This document shows, piece after piece, positions 25,459 to 38,958 of a stretch of 64,000 bases of DNA. This stretch comes from Amphiscolops sp. MND2022 (Eukaryota). The translations under genes and the position numbers were made by a program. The notes under the pieces are model-generated. The model was given only the letters and a program-made list of their open reading frames with translations, made no database searches and was not told the origin of the DNA. The stretch lies in NCBI GenBank assembly GCA_964187785.1, contig OZ076409.1, positions 10,790,001-10,854,000 on the forward strand, written 5' to 3'. Each line of letters begins with the position of its first letter. Position 1 is the first letter of the stretch.

Positions 25459-26875
25459 TATACTCTGGACCATATATGGTCCAGAGTATGGTCAGCCTGG
25501 AAACATTAGCCTTTATGGCGCAAAGTATGATGACCCTGTTTTTGTACGGGAGGTGAACCCGGGAAATGAAAAGCGAGACATGAAAAACAATGTTGAATTG
25601 GTTGAAACCATGTCTTTTAAATGATAAAGAAGGAATTTTGATTTCGGACAATTTTCCCCAAAATGGTTCTCACTTATTTTTCCGAACAGCTTTGTTTCAT
25701 GATTTGAATTTTCTACACTTTTTCAATCTTTAGATCTTTGATCACTAGTTGAAACGACAAACTTTTCGCAAGGAATTGGTTTGTAAACATTGCCTTAATC
25801 GAAACAATTCCTTATATCATTGTCATGCAAGAAAACTCCTCGTGAAAGCTCTCATGATGTTTGGATAAGAAGCCGGTTTTCTTGAAAATCGCGCACCAAT
25901 TGTTTCCTAGGATGTTCAATTGAGATTAGGGATAAACTATGCACGTTTTCATAACAAATTATGCAGCTATCATTAGAAAGTTTTGACCCGAAAGTTGCAA
26001 ATTCCAGTAACTAACGGCAAAAGCGAACAAAGAAATTGGTTTGCGGGAAAAAAATCCGTTAAAAGAAAGGAAACTGTCACTTCTGCTGATATGTTTTGCC
26101 TGATTCAATATCCATTTAGAACACTATTGTTTTTTGTCAGCAAACAAGAAAATTTGACTTCTTTCATAACCTTTAACTTTTTCATTGATTTTTAGGAGAA
26201 AATCAAAAAGAATGTTTCATTATCGGAAAATTTGCCTTCATATGAATTTCTACTGATAAGGAGTCCCTTCATTTTGCCTTTTAATATCAGTTTTATTATC
26301 ACCTTATAAGTCACCACGGATAAGGTGTGTATATATTGGTATATATGATCACGTGTTCATTCCTTTTAGGTCGCCAAAACGAGGGAACCTGTGGTGTGAC
26401 ACAAATTTCAACCTTTTTGATTCTAATTACAGTAATTTGAAAAAAAATGACAGGTACTTAAAACCAGACTTTTTAAGGACCATTCGACTTCAACTGAACA
26501 GGAGGTGGTGAAAAAGATAATCGATTCGAACAAAAGGCGAACTTAACAAATGCACTTTCCATGGCAAATTTTTCACACTTCCCGCGTTTCAATTATAATT
26601 ACCTTCATTTAGATATCTTAGGTGGAGAAGCTATTTGTTTTATTGGTTCTCAGGAATAATTCGTCAGCTTTAATTTTCAGCTTTTCCTCCCTGGGGTTTT
26701 CCTGTTATTCACCACAAATGATTCATTTATTTTTGGGTGCTGAATTGTAAGTCCGTCGACTTCATTCAATTCTATTTTTCAAAGCCGGGATTCCAATTTC
26801 GTCGGGCTCTTGCGTTGTACAAACATTTGCCATTCTTATTGTTTTAATGCCATAATAAGACAGTTAGAAAAGCAA

Positions 26876-27693
26876 CCCATGTTGAGCACTCCCTGCGAAT
26901 CTGTACAGATCTGTACAGATCCTGACAGATATTCCAGGATTTTTCGAAAATTAACTAGTCAAAAAACAGTTTTGAAATTGAAATTAGTTGAATAAAAAGT
27001 GCTCTACAAGATACACACGTCTCCTAGTTAAAGTTTTGAAAAAAAATTTCTGTGCGAATCTGTACAGATCTGTACAGATCCTGACAGATATTCCAGGATT
27101 GGTCGTAAATTAACCATACTAAAATAACCAATAAATTACTATAACGTATTCCAAGTTTCCAGCAATTACTAAAACTACTCCAGCTAACCATGTTCCCGAA
27201 ATATTACAACCACATTCCTTTATCAACACCTCTACCAACCCAGACGGTAGCCACATGTATAATTACATCCGCCAAATCGAAGTCAATTTAGCAAACGAGC
27301 CCTTCAAAGTTGAACAGCAACTTCTGGAAAGTTCTAGTGAAATAGAGAAATTACCGTGCAAAACCTATACCAAACATTCCCCAGACACCAAACTTACCTT
27401 GATGGGGACAAGTTTTCCTGCTCAAAAATTTTGAGTAATGGAGATTTTCAACTGACTGAGCCTTGGTCAACAAAAATACTTGTTGAAGAAGCCGAAAAAA
27501 AGGCAATACATTGTTTCCCAGAAGCTCCGCGAAAAAATTTCCTGAACAATCTGTACAGAAAATCCTTGAACATCCTTAAAGATCCTTGCAGATCTGCAGT
27601 TGTCCTTACGTAGCAGTGGCACGATCTTTACAGATCCTCAAGGAAAAAAGGCTCACAGATCTGTACAGATTCTCAAGGAAAGCTCAACATGGG
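26876..27693 (+). mobile_element. ~810-bp TIR element, family B, copy 2
   Basis: CCCATGTTGAGC...GCTCAACATGGG termini with TSD AA. Confidence 0.88.
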
Positions 27694-28230
27694 AAAGAAA
27701 TAATCTCCAGAGATTATCTTTTCAGAGGAATTCTTTTAGGATTGATTGAGTGTCCGCTGAATTTTAATCGACAACCGTTATTTCATAAGCAAGATCTTTA
27801 CAATAGTTCCAACTGAGATACATTTTTTTAATGAAAAAAATAATTCCCTCTCAAAATTAAGTCGCCGTTTCCATTTATTTGAAATTATTAAAAGCTCAAA
27901 GACAATAGTATGCTGTATGAAAACTGTACAAGTTACCTATTTTGCCCACATTCCATTGCACACAAGCTCATGATCACAAAAAGTAATGATTATAGATAAT
28001 GAAAATTGTGCGTAAAAGCGATGAGTATTTAATTATTTTATGATTTTTGGCATTGATTGTGGGAATGAGAGAGAATATATTTCAATCAAGAATTCATCGT
28101 TTCTCATACTTTGATCATACTATGAAACATGATGACCATAGTATAAATCATAGCATGATATGTAATGCTTCTACATGCAATGTATACTTCTATTATAGCG
28201 GGGTATTTATGTCAGTTGAATAGATATACT

Positions 28231-29039
28231 CCCATGTTGAGCACTCCGTGCGAATCTGTACAGATCTGCACAGATCCTGACAGATATTCCAGGATTGTTC
28301 GAAAATTGAATAGTCATAAATTCAGTTTTCGAAAAAGAAATTAGTTGGTTAAAAAGTGCTCTACGAAAAAAAAACACGCCTTTTATTTGAAGTTTTAAAA
28401 AAGTTTCTGTGCGAATCTGTACAGATCTGTACAGATCCTTGCAGATATTCCAGGATTTGTTGAAAATTAACCATACCAATAAAATACTATAATGTATTCC
28501 GAGTTTCCAGCAATTACTAAAACCACTCCAGCAAACCATGTTCCCGAAATATTACAACCACAGCACTCTATCAACACCTCTACCAACCCAGAAGGTTGTC
28601 ACATGTCAAATCTCATCCGTCAAAACGAAGTCAATATGGCAAACGAGCCTCTCAAAGTTGAAAAACCACTACTGGAAAGTTCAAGTGAAATGGATAAATT
28701 ACAGTGTATAACCAACACCGAACATTCCCCAGACACCAATATTACCGTGATGGGGACAACATTTCCTGCTCAAGAATTTTGAGTGATGGAGAGTTTCAAC
28801 TGACTGAGCCTTGGTCAGCAAAAATATCTACCGAAGAAGCTAAAAAATGAAATGCATATTTTCACTAAAAGTTCCGGAAAAAATTTCCTGAGAAATCTGT
28901 ACAGAAAATCTTTGAACTTCTGTAAAGATCCTTGCAGATCTGCAGTTGTCCTTACGTAGCAGTGGCACGATCTTTACAGATCCTCAAGGAAAATTGGCTC
29001 ACAGATCTTTACAGATTCTCAAGGAAAACTCAACATGGG
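28231..29039 (+). mobile_element. ~810-bp TIR element, family B, copy 3
   Basis: CCCATGTTGAG...CTCAACATGGG termini with TSD CT. Confidence 0.88.
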
Positions 29040-30148
29040 CTTTCATCAAGGGTACGTTTACAAAACGCCCATTTTTTAAAATTTCAACAACTAACCATAC
29101 TGACCGAGGTTGACCAAGGTTGACCAAACATACTCACCATGCTATGATCATACTATGGTCATCATGCTATGGTCATCATGTTTCATAGTATGATTAGATC
29201 AAAGTATGAGAAACGATGAATTCTTGATTGAAAATCAAGATATCGGGCATGGAAATCTCTTTTTAACAAATCTCAAATTGCTTACCAAGTCTTTATGCCG
29301 TGTTTTTAGGGGGGGCACTTAGCTCGTAAGATACATAGTATCACACTTGACGAGACCCAGGGCAAAACCGTGGCATCTTTTGGGTCTCCATGTACCTGAA
29401 AAGCACGCAAAACTTTCTGACACGAAGTTGTTAGAAAGAGATTTGAAAATTGGGCAAAGTAGAAGCTAAATCATGGAAATTACTTGTTAAAATAGCAGGA
29501 ATCAGATTTAAAACATGGGTTATACTAATTTGGAAAGGAAATAAAGATCCCGAAAGACAGTATACAGTATATAAAAACTGCACAGTTTTGCCTGAAATTA
29601 GTTCTATAATCCAAAATTTCCTACATATCTAGCGACTTCAGGAAACGATGTACCGAAATGAATCCTTAATGCAACCGGGTCATTAAGGCAACCCTCAAAC
29701 CCTTCGAAAGCGACAAAAATAGTAACATTCTGTTTCCCTCCCATTGTCTTGATCTATCAGGAAAATCTCCTCCCAAATATTTTTTTCATGACTCCAGGGT
29801 GACAACAAACAAAAATTTTCACAAACTTTTTCCTGACAGGTTTCATTCAGAAACGTGACTGCTTTTCAGGATAAAATATGAAAAGAACAAACTCCTTTTG
29901 CAGAAATTTTCAGATTTTCAATAACTTTCAACCACTACAAGTTTTCGTGAACAAATGCAAAAAAGGAGTTAGTAGTCTTTCATCACGTGCTTGAGAAAAA
30001 TGTATGAAACAAAACCTCCAAAACGCGTGAACATTCTTCAAGGAGCACTACTTACTCTATTATTTGAATGGTAGTATATAAAGGTATATAGTTTAAATAA
30101 TTAATTTGACCTTGAGCCAGCATGAGTGATTGGCATCTTTGGATACAG

Positions 30149-30430
30149 GTACTTATCTATCCGGTCCCCTCTGGCCTACCTGAAAGAACGCACAAAGAGG
30201 AGAGCATACATAATCATCACGTGTGTTTGGATCCTTTCCTCCATCTGGATAATTCCCATATATGGCTATCGCGCAGTGGCCGGAGGACACTCTCTGGATA
30301 TCTACGAGGGAGAGTGCCAGACAGAATTCAATCTGGACCTCAAGTTCAAATTTGTGTCCGGACTCTTCAACTTCTGGCTACCCCTGTCAATCATCATTTT
30401 CACCTACATAAGAATTTTTGGACATATTAG
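30149..30430 (+). CDS. HRH1: histamine H1 receptor-like GPCR, exon encoding end of DRY, TM4, ECL2 and TM5
   Basis: AG|G TAC completes the DRY motif with the previous exon; YLSIRSPLAY...VWILSSIWIIPI...EGECQTEF...FKFVSGLFNFWLP...YIRIFGHI; gtgagt donor. Confidence 0.93.
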   Translation, partial: VLIYPVPSGLPERTHKEESIHNHHVCLDPFLHLDNSHIWLSRSGRRTLSGYLRGRVPDRIQSGPQVQICVRTLQLLATPVNHHFHLHKNFWTY

Positions 30431-31175
30431 GTGAGTCCTTCAATCAAATTACCGACCACGTTTCTTGTTTTCCCCAGGTACCCCTTGTCGCCTTGTTTCA
30501 AAGCCCTCATAAAAAAACTTGTTCCCTTGTAACCCCCCCCAAAAAAAAACAAAAGAACATTTTATTCTTTAAGAAAATTATTTCACTAATAGGATAATTA
30601 AACATGGTTGTGAATACTAGGAGGATTGTTTCTATAGTTGTTTTACACTTCCAGCAAAAATGACCCTCATTTTTCGATCGATATGATTGTCCCAATTAGC
30701 AAAAATTCACCCCTGGAATAAGCTAAAATCGTATGAAAGGGCCCCTATTTCAACACCATTTTTCTCCGCCATAAAATTCAACGAGCAACTTTTAGCTGGC
30801 AGTCAATGTAACATAGAAAAGATAGGATTATGTCGACATCAATTATTTTATTGGACCAAAAATTCAACGCAATCGATGTCGACATAATGGTATTTGAACT
30901 CGCAGCCGCTTGGGCGGGAATAAGAAACATATTCCCAAATTACATTAACTTCGAACAGAGACTCTATAATAAGACCAGACAAACTCTTTCGTGTAACCCC
31001 CTTAATTTCCTTCCCCTCAAAATACCCGTTATTCTAGTGAAGAGAATTTACGCGACAGGGTTCAATTCGTAACCGGAAACTTGCTATTGCATAGATAACC
31101 TGCTTCATTGGTCTACTAGAAAATCTCCAAAATTTGATCACGTTCTCAAGAGTTGATTTCAGCTGAAAAAGATGC

Positions 31176-31369
31176 ATCAAAATCCAGTGGAAATTACTTT
31201 TAAAAAACTGTTGTCCACACCCGGGTTCAAATTGTCTGTCATGGCCCGTTCATGGAAATCATCCATGATCATATGATCATGGATGATTTCCATGAACGGG
31301 CCATGACAGACAATTTGAACCCGGGTGTGGACAACAGTTTTTTAAAAGTAATTTCCACTGGATTTTGAT
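31176..31369. repeat. perfect 194-bp palindrome without spacer (no. 1)
   Basis: 97-bp arms checked base by base; centre CAT|ATG at 31272/31273. Confidence 0.97.
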
Positions 31370-31391
31370 CAATTTATCACTGGAATTTGAT

Positions 31392-31585
31392 CCTCAATTT
31401 ATCAATTACCAGCCTTCTCGCAATTTTTAGCTTTCTGGGGCATCCATGATTTTCCATGAAAGTATAAGTAATGCGTCGAAAAAGCCATATGGCTTTTTCG
31501 ACGCATTACTTATACTTTCATGGAAAATCATGGATGCCCCAGAAAGCTAAAAATTGCGAGAAGGCTGGTAATTGATAAATTGAGG
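31392..31585. repeat. perfect 194-bp palindrome without spacer (no. 2)
   Basis: 97-bp arms checked base by base; centre CAT|ATG at 31488/31489. Confidence 0.97.
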
Positions 31586-31863
31586 CGATTAATTGCAATT
31601 ATTTTTTTCGCAATACCTGGATGTTTAGGCCAATTAACTTTTAATCATCAAGCCAGTTCACGAATCAAAATACACTACTTTCGGTGGATTCCCAAATAAC
31701 ATAAGAGCAAACTTCACAAAAACAATTTTCAGTTTCACTGATCATAAATTTTCAGTTTCTGTCAACCGAAACAAATCTCATCATTGCTCATGTTCCATCA
31801 AGTTACTATAACGCAATTCTGACCACGATCGGAAAATAGCACGACCGTCCCTCTGCCTCTAGT

Positions 31864-32369
31864 CAGGGTTTTCAATGCCAATTCCAATTCCAGGGGGTCA
31901 ATTCCAATTCTAGGCAATTCAATCCCAATTCTTACTTTTTTTAAAATTCCAATCCCATTTCCATTTCTATAATTTTCGGGCCGTCAATTCCTAATTCAAT
32001 TCTTCAAATTCTTGTGTCCTTTCTTCTGGAACACCGGAACACCTAAAGGATTGGACGAAGTTTCAAAGCTTGTATATGGTATTTCATTATAATTTCCTTA
32101 TATTTTATTATAAGGTACTTCTAAGTGTTATTTTGAAATGTTTTGTCAACAAGGAAAATTAAGTTTCATAATTTTTCATGTATGTCATTGGATTTACTAT
32201 GAAAATGTTTAGAAGCCATATTCTGGCGACCATAAATATCTCAATTGTTCGTGTAAATTCTGTTGACAATTTAAATTCCAATTCTTCTACCAAGGATTTG
32301 ATTCCAGTTCCTTAAAATGTGATATTTTCAATTCTCAATCCTTGAAATGTCAATTGATTGAAAACCCTG
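31864..32369. mobile_element. hAT-type MITE
   Basis: TIR CAGGGTTTTCAAT / ATTGAAAACCCTG with perfect 8-bp TSD CCTCTAGT; subterminal CAATTC repeats. Confidence 0.9.
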
Positions 32370-33544
32370 CCTCTAGTGTCCTAATTGCAGGAGCGATGCG
32401 AAGCAAAGCGACGTGCCACTACTGGCCAAGTGGCTGGTTTTGACAAAGGCCGACCTGTAGGAGCGCGCTAGTAAATATGTTATTGCCGGTTATGCTGATA
32501 ATTATATGTTATTTGCTCTTATGCTAGTTGGTACGTCATCACTACTTTTTTCTAAAGCTTCATTAATTTTGGCAACAAGATCACAGTTTTTATCCAATTA
32601 CGCAGTATTTTATCAATTACTTCTCATGACAATCCTACGCAAGATTGATTTCTACATCAATGAGAGTTTGACTGCTAAATATCGCAATTTTCTAATTGGG
32701 TTTGATCATATACCTTTCTTTCCAGATCAATTAGAATTTTTCCACTTTTTTCAGCTCTATTTTTTCTGCCCCTATTTCCTATGAGAAAATAAACGACTTT
32801 CAGCTGCGCCTTTTCCTACCCCGGTTTAGAGGCCATGGCTTTCTATCCATGATTCATCAATTCGCCGCTCCGAGAATCATTCCATGATCATGGAAAGATA
32901 TCCACGGTTCATGGGTGATCATGGTTGCTTAAAGGGCCTTAACTTTTTTCCATTTTGGTTAAAGTGATGTTCTCAAATACCACTAAAATAGAGAATCAGT
33001 GAACTGAACTTAGTAGTTCTACGTCTAAAAATCTATGTGTCAATTCGTACGAAACTTTGTTTCATATAATTACAAAGCTATGAACCTGATTCAGCTAGTT
33101 AATTTCAAAGCACTTTTGGAGGTTTCATAGGTTTTACAATTTGTGATTTTCCCTCATTTTTGCAACAAACACTTTTGTGAACAAAATTCGTTCAAATTGA
33201 ATGCTTCTGATTGGTTTCTGCTGAAAGGAAAAATTTATCACAGTCTTGCTAAAAGCCGCCATAAATAACACAACATTGCTTTCTGTCATGGAGTCATGAT
33301 CATGGATGAAAAGCTGAGAATAAGACATGATGATCAACCTGTGTATTTTTGCCATGTTTGAATGCTATACTCAAAAAACAAAAATTTTCTGAAGAATTCA
33401 ATTTCAGCAAATTTAGGTTCGTAACGTATGTATTTGTGAGATTGTTTGAAGTTTGAATGAAGTGCCTCAAAAGAAAAGTTGCAAAATTGTGAAAAAAGGT
33501 GATTTTAGTCGCATAAGTGGTGATTTTCATTTCCATTATTATTT

Positions 33545-33960
33545 TTAGTCGGCACTTCATGAAGTGAAACGCGACTGTACTAGTGACTTTTTCCAATCCA
33601 CACGAACTGACCAAAATAGTTCTTGAAAGTTCTAGGCAACTTTAAGGTGTCAAGCTGGACTATTTGTCCCAAGGAACTTAACCAAAAGATTTTGTCCTTT
33701 TTTTCATACAATACCGGGTGAGACTCAAGGGTCCTCTTCCAGTTTTTTTTCGGCATTGTGAGACTTTATTTCAAATATTTCGTTTTCACCAAAGGTTCCC
33801 CTTTCAATTTTTCTGATGTTTTGCGACAGAAATGTCGAACAATCCTATAGGGGCCCCTTTTAGCGCGTCTATTCGGCCCAACTTTTGGATTTTGGGGTAC
33901 CGTAAAAGAATTGACACTTTGAATTCCTTTTTCTATTTTTGAACCCTATATATGACGCCA
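33545..33960 (+). mobile_element. HINE/DINE-1-like element with degraded 3' end
   Basis: 5' end closely matches the 17025 copy (tagtcggcacttcatgaagtgaaa...). Confidence 0.6.
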
Positions 33961-34379
33961 AGGTTCAAATTTTCCGCAGTATGAGTTTTTTGAAAATCTA
34001 ACAAGGAATTCTTTGAACTTAATGCATTGTCCGTCGAAGGACTTCAAAGGTCCTTCAAATGTTCCCATTGCCATTGGCCATCAATTATTCCAGTTCAGAA
34101 TCAAAAAAAGTTGTTCAAGCTTGGGCATAGATTGAAAAAGTTTTTAACGATCGAAGGTTTTTATTCTGACACCAGTTGACTTCTGTTGCCAGTTCTCCTC
34201 TCTCTACTCAAGGTTCATTCAGAGGCGCCCTTTGAAGAAAATACTTCCCAGACAAAGACGCGCATACTTCTACTTTACGTTCTGACTTACACAACCAAAA
34301 AAGCAGGAGAAAAAATACATGGGCAATTTCCATGAATAACTTATGTAACCAATGGATACCAAGGGACACCGGTCTTAAG

Positions 34380-34819
34380 AACAAGAAACTCTAAATCCGG
34401 TAAATGTAATATCCGGAATTCATTAAATCCGGTTTGCGTCAAATCCGGTTTGCATCAAATACGGCTTGGGTTGTGTCGTTATATCCGGTATACGTTTTAT
34501 CCCGAATTCGTTATAACCGGCTTGCGTTAAATCCGGTTTGCGTTAATTCGGGTTTGCGGAAAAAAAATCCAAACGGGGAACCCTTTTTTAACATTAAAAT
34601 ATTCTCCAAGAAACGTTATAACCGGTATAGAACGTCCCGTATGGACTGTGTTTTTATCAAAGGGGACTCATCAGCACTTTTTACAGCTTTGAAAAAATCT
34701 CCCGGGAACGTTATATCCTGTGTACGTTATAGCTTATAAAAGTAATGAAATCTGTCACTTCGTTGGTCTTAAAAGAAGCCAGTGCTATAGTCGTCTTTTT
34801 CTACAAAAGCGCCGACTAA
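34380..34819 (-). mobile_element. HINE-like variant containing ATCCGG repeats
   Basis: Ends in AAAAGCGCCGACTAA; segment 34745-34800 recurs inverted at about 48365-48420. Confidence 0.5.
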
Positions 34820-34952
34820 AAAAGATGCGCATTTTGTCCAATAATAGGACAGGGTGAGTGCGTAAGAACAACAGAGGAACGAACAACATGCTGGAATTTG
34901 ACAAAATACTCTATTTTCATAGTTTTTTTGTCTCCAAGAAGTCAGGCAGAAA

Positions 34953-35792
34953 TGTCGTAACAGACTAGCTGAGTTACGTCCTTAGAATCTTCCTTATCTC
35001 GGGAGTTCTCCTCTAACTTTCTCTCAATTTAACGCCTCTTTTGGATTTGCATGGTCCTAAATTTGACTCATTCAGGTTGTCGACATTTGACAAGATTCTC
35101 GATTAGCCTCAAGACTTCTCGCGGTCCCAATTCAGCGTCCTTATGTTTTTGGAGACTTCTTTCACGATTTCATTGGTTATGTCCACGAAGTCTCTTTCGG
35201 ACAAACTCGAATTCTCACCGGTTTGGTGGTCCTTAAGGTCGGCTTATAATCTGGCTTCGTCAGGAAAATCTGTCCTCACTCTTTTCTTACTAAATTTCTC
35301 AGGCATACTTTTTTAGAGAATCAACTTCCTGACAAAGTTTCGATTCTCCGTCCCTTCATCTTCTTTCCCCGCAAATTCAGGACACCGAAACTGAAATAGA
35401 CACTGAAGTTCATGAACCTATCTACTGCCGCGGGAAAAGAAATGGATTTTGCTTCAAAATAAAATAGCCAATTTAGGCAAGTTCAATAAACAAAACGCAC
35501 TGAATATTCAGTTGTCAAACGTTTAGTGTACTGGATTGATTAATTATTGCATCTAATTGGCATTAATTGGCATGGGTAACAATAATCAGCAAATATCATT
35601 AGAAAGCGACAGCTAAAATTAAAACAGCGCAATAGCTTTGATCAATTCACATAAACAAATAGCATCAGAACATTAGTTGATTGATGTTTTCGATTCTCTG
35701 AATCACATCGGTAGAGTAACTAAACTGGAAAACAACATTACAACAACATGGTTGGTACATATATCCCTGACATATATTCTCCCCCTTTTCCC
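34953..35792. mobile_element. possible LTR remnant
   Basis: TGTC at 34953 and GACA at 35769-35772, followed by a minus-strand polypurine tract (GGGAAAAGGGGGAGAA). Alternative end TTACAACA at 35745. No TSD found. Confidence 0.3.
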
Positions 35793-37516
35793 ATTTTAAG
35801 CTATCCTAAAACCGTAAACCGGTTAGAACATTGCACCATTTTGTGGGTGAACAACACAGAACAGTAGATTAACTGGTCGGTTGACTGAGCTGTTGACTCA
35901 AATCTAGTTGACTGTTGGGCTGCCTGGGACAGCCACTCAGTCAACTAAGTATAAATGCTTTTCACTCTGGTTGGTTAATAACTTAACCAACAAGGACTAC
36001 TCTTGCTAGCAACTATGGCTGAGGCAGCACTCCAGTCAAGGCGATCACTGATCAATTCCAATCAACGCGCTGGCTGTTTGGCTGCAAATAAATTGTCGCA
36101 ATGATTACTTTTAAAAAGTTAACGTAGTAAGTATTTTATTTACTGTGCTTCAATATGAAGTGCTCAATTACATAAATGTTTGGGTATTCCATGTGATGTT
36201 TGTTAGATGCTTATTTCTGGTTCTTTATGTTGCTTCTTGGGATGTTTCATGTCAATTTCTTCGGTCCTTTCCCTCGAACACTCTCATGTCGTTGTGGTCA
36301 AAAATAGTTTGAAAAACATGTTCAACTTTGCTCCGTGCTTCCTTCAATCGTTTGCAAAATATCGGAGGTCAAAAAAGGCAACAGCTGACAAAAACATTCC
36401 AGCGTTGTTTGCCCGTCTTTCAAATTTTAATTCGGAATGAGTGTACTTGAAAGGGTTATCGAAGAAAAAATTTCTTTCGAAGTTCAAGGGAAGGGAAAAT
36501 ATACTCGTTCGAATTTTTTCGAGGACCTTCATATGTTTGTATCGACCTTGAGGAACCTTCAAAGAAATGTATATTATCCAAGGACCGACAAACCGGTTGT
36601 ACCAAAGGTTTGAAGGACCGACAAACCTTTGAAAAATCCATTCTCAAAAACCTGTAAGTTGTCATTATAATTTTAAATGTGGGTATGATACCACCATTTA
36701 GGTTTTCCTCAAAAAAGACAATTAGCTCGAAACAAATTACTTGGATCGAAATACTGCATTATTTCGCATATGAAAAGAATATGTAAAGTTCTAAGTCCTG
36801 CTCACAAAATCATATTCTCTATATACTCCATGTACTTTTTTCTCAACGAACAATTTTTGAAAGCAAAAAAGAGCTAATTATTGGAGTGCCTTAAATTCAT
36901 CAATTGTTGATGACGTTGAAAACTTTAGCTGACCAAATATAAAACGTTCTTCAGAAGTTTTGATTCATTTTTACCAAGTTTTCACATTCGGATGAAAAGA
37001 ATTCCCATTATTAGAAAACTTCTAGTACTCCTTTTTGTTATTTCAATTTGTGACAGTGGAAAACAGAATGGAAAATTTCATAACAAGATCGAACTGTAAA
37101 AGGTCAACTTTTGTAACTATTCATAGCACCTTTTATTAATTCGTTCGATTTTCATTTTCAGGGCAACATTTGTTTCATTTGCTGATATTTGTATTTCTAG
37201 AAAGGTTTTGACAGAGATTTTATTAATATTGCCCGAAGGAAAATCACATAAACAACGTACAAAGATCAGCTACGAGCGACAACGTCATTTTTAGTATTTA
37301 TATAACGCACTGTTAACTTTTGTCATGTCAAAAATCACAGGAATTCCAAAGTTAGTTATTTCCCTGAAAAGAATTCCAATAAAAATTCTTTTCAAGGTAT
37401 TGATCGGAATCAAACAGCTGTCTTTTTCAGCGTGAACATATATAGTTTAACATTTCTTCACTAATCTCTATGATATCAATTCAACTGTCCAGAAAAACTG
37501 CTGAACGTAATGATAT

Positions 37517-38958
37517 CCCGGGTCGACCCTCCATGGATATCTTAGTAAGATTTTGGCAAGATCTTGCCATCATATTGGAAAAATCTTAGCTAAGATCGTG
37601 CCAAGATATTTCCAAGAATTGCAAGATGTCATGGTAATATCTTATCAAGAGAGCCATGTTTCCAAGAAAAATTTTTTTGTAAAATGCTATATGGCCAGAA
37701 AAAAATCTGAAAGGGAGTCAACAAAACTCAACATCTTTGCTGATTTATTTTTTAGACATTGAAACTTCCTATTAGCAAGGTATAAAATTGAATTGAAGAG
37801 TCCTTATGCAGTAATACGGCTGCGGAAACAGGCTCAAAGAAAGACAGAGATATGAATTAACAAAAACATTTCGGATTTCCTAGTGTTTCCTGTGTAACTT
37901 TCTGATAGTGGCTTCCCTAGTTGAGACTGCTGGAACTTTTTACATGTTGCAGGCCTGCACGCAGGGTAATTTTTTATAAAACCTAGCAAATTCAGTAAGG
38001 TTCCGGAGGTTAATTTTGTAGAATTACACTGCATTTTCCATTACTGCAATTAAATTTGAAAATATTTTCCCTTTCTTTTACGGACACGACCACGTTGTAT
38101 TCACACATTGATTTCACAAATACTCATCTGATTTAGTCACCGCGTCTCAAATAGGACGCTGAAGATGACGCTAGTTTGCTGTTTACATTGTGAATGAAGT
38201 TAATTTGCATTAAAAAGGCGGCAAAAATGTTGAGGTCTCAGCTGCATTTAAAATTAGAACCGATGCTTATTGAAACTTGCAGAACTTCACGGCTTGAAAT
38301 TGCCGCCAAAATTTTGATGATTCTTTAAAGCAGCTTGATAAAAGTTGGTGACAACAGGGACAAATTAACGCATTTAATTTCCGTAAGATATTTAGATTAT
38401 CATAATAAAAGTTGCTGGCAACATTAAAGTACATGTAAAAAGTTCAAGCATGTTCAACAAGGGTTTGGACGTTTGAGACCATTTTCCTCCATCTCTGGAA
38501 TCGACAGGAGTGATAAGATTCAAGTTTTCGAAAGTACTTGAAATGAGCGTTCATTTGGTACATTCGGCATTTCTCAGTCTTAAAGAGGTGAGGAGTTTTT
38601 AGAATTCTCGTCAGAATTTCGGAAGCCAGAATACGGTACCGTAATTTTTCGCACAGTTTTGCATGCAACTTTGTTCCAGCAGGTTGAAGCATTTTGATTA
38701 TGAAAACTAGTAGAAATAGTCATTGTTGGGTGATACGAGCCTTTAGATTGAGTCTCTGCTGCCTGTACCGAAGGTATAGTGTTTTTTACAATCTTGGAAT
38801 TTTGTCCACCGTGACAAGATACGATCTTGGAATAAGGTAGTATCTTGGTAAGATCTTATTAGTATCTTGCCATGGGTTCCATGGTCGCCAAGATGTAGTA
38901 AGAATTTGGTAAGATCTTGCCAAGACAGCCAAGATCCTAGTAATAGGGTCAATCCGGG
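37517..38958. mobile_element. TIR element, family C (CCCGG ends, CAAGATCTTG subterminal repeats), with a nested insertion
   Basis: CCCGGGTCGACCCT...AGGGTCAATCCGGG termini with TSD AT. Confidence 0.7.
37915..38463. mobile_element. TIR element, family A, nested in the family C element
   Basis: CCCTAGTTGA...TCAACAAGGG termini with TSD TT; left end matches the 11178 copy. Confidence 0.72.

Noticed and set aside
24845..28782. Repeated short ORFs (MSNFIRQNEVNMANEP...)
   Set aside because: Internal to family B MITEs; the frame is not conserved among copies.
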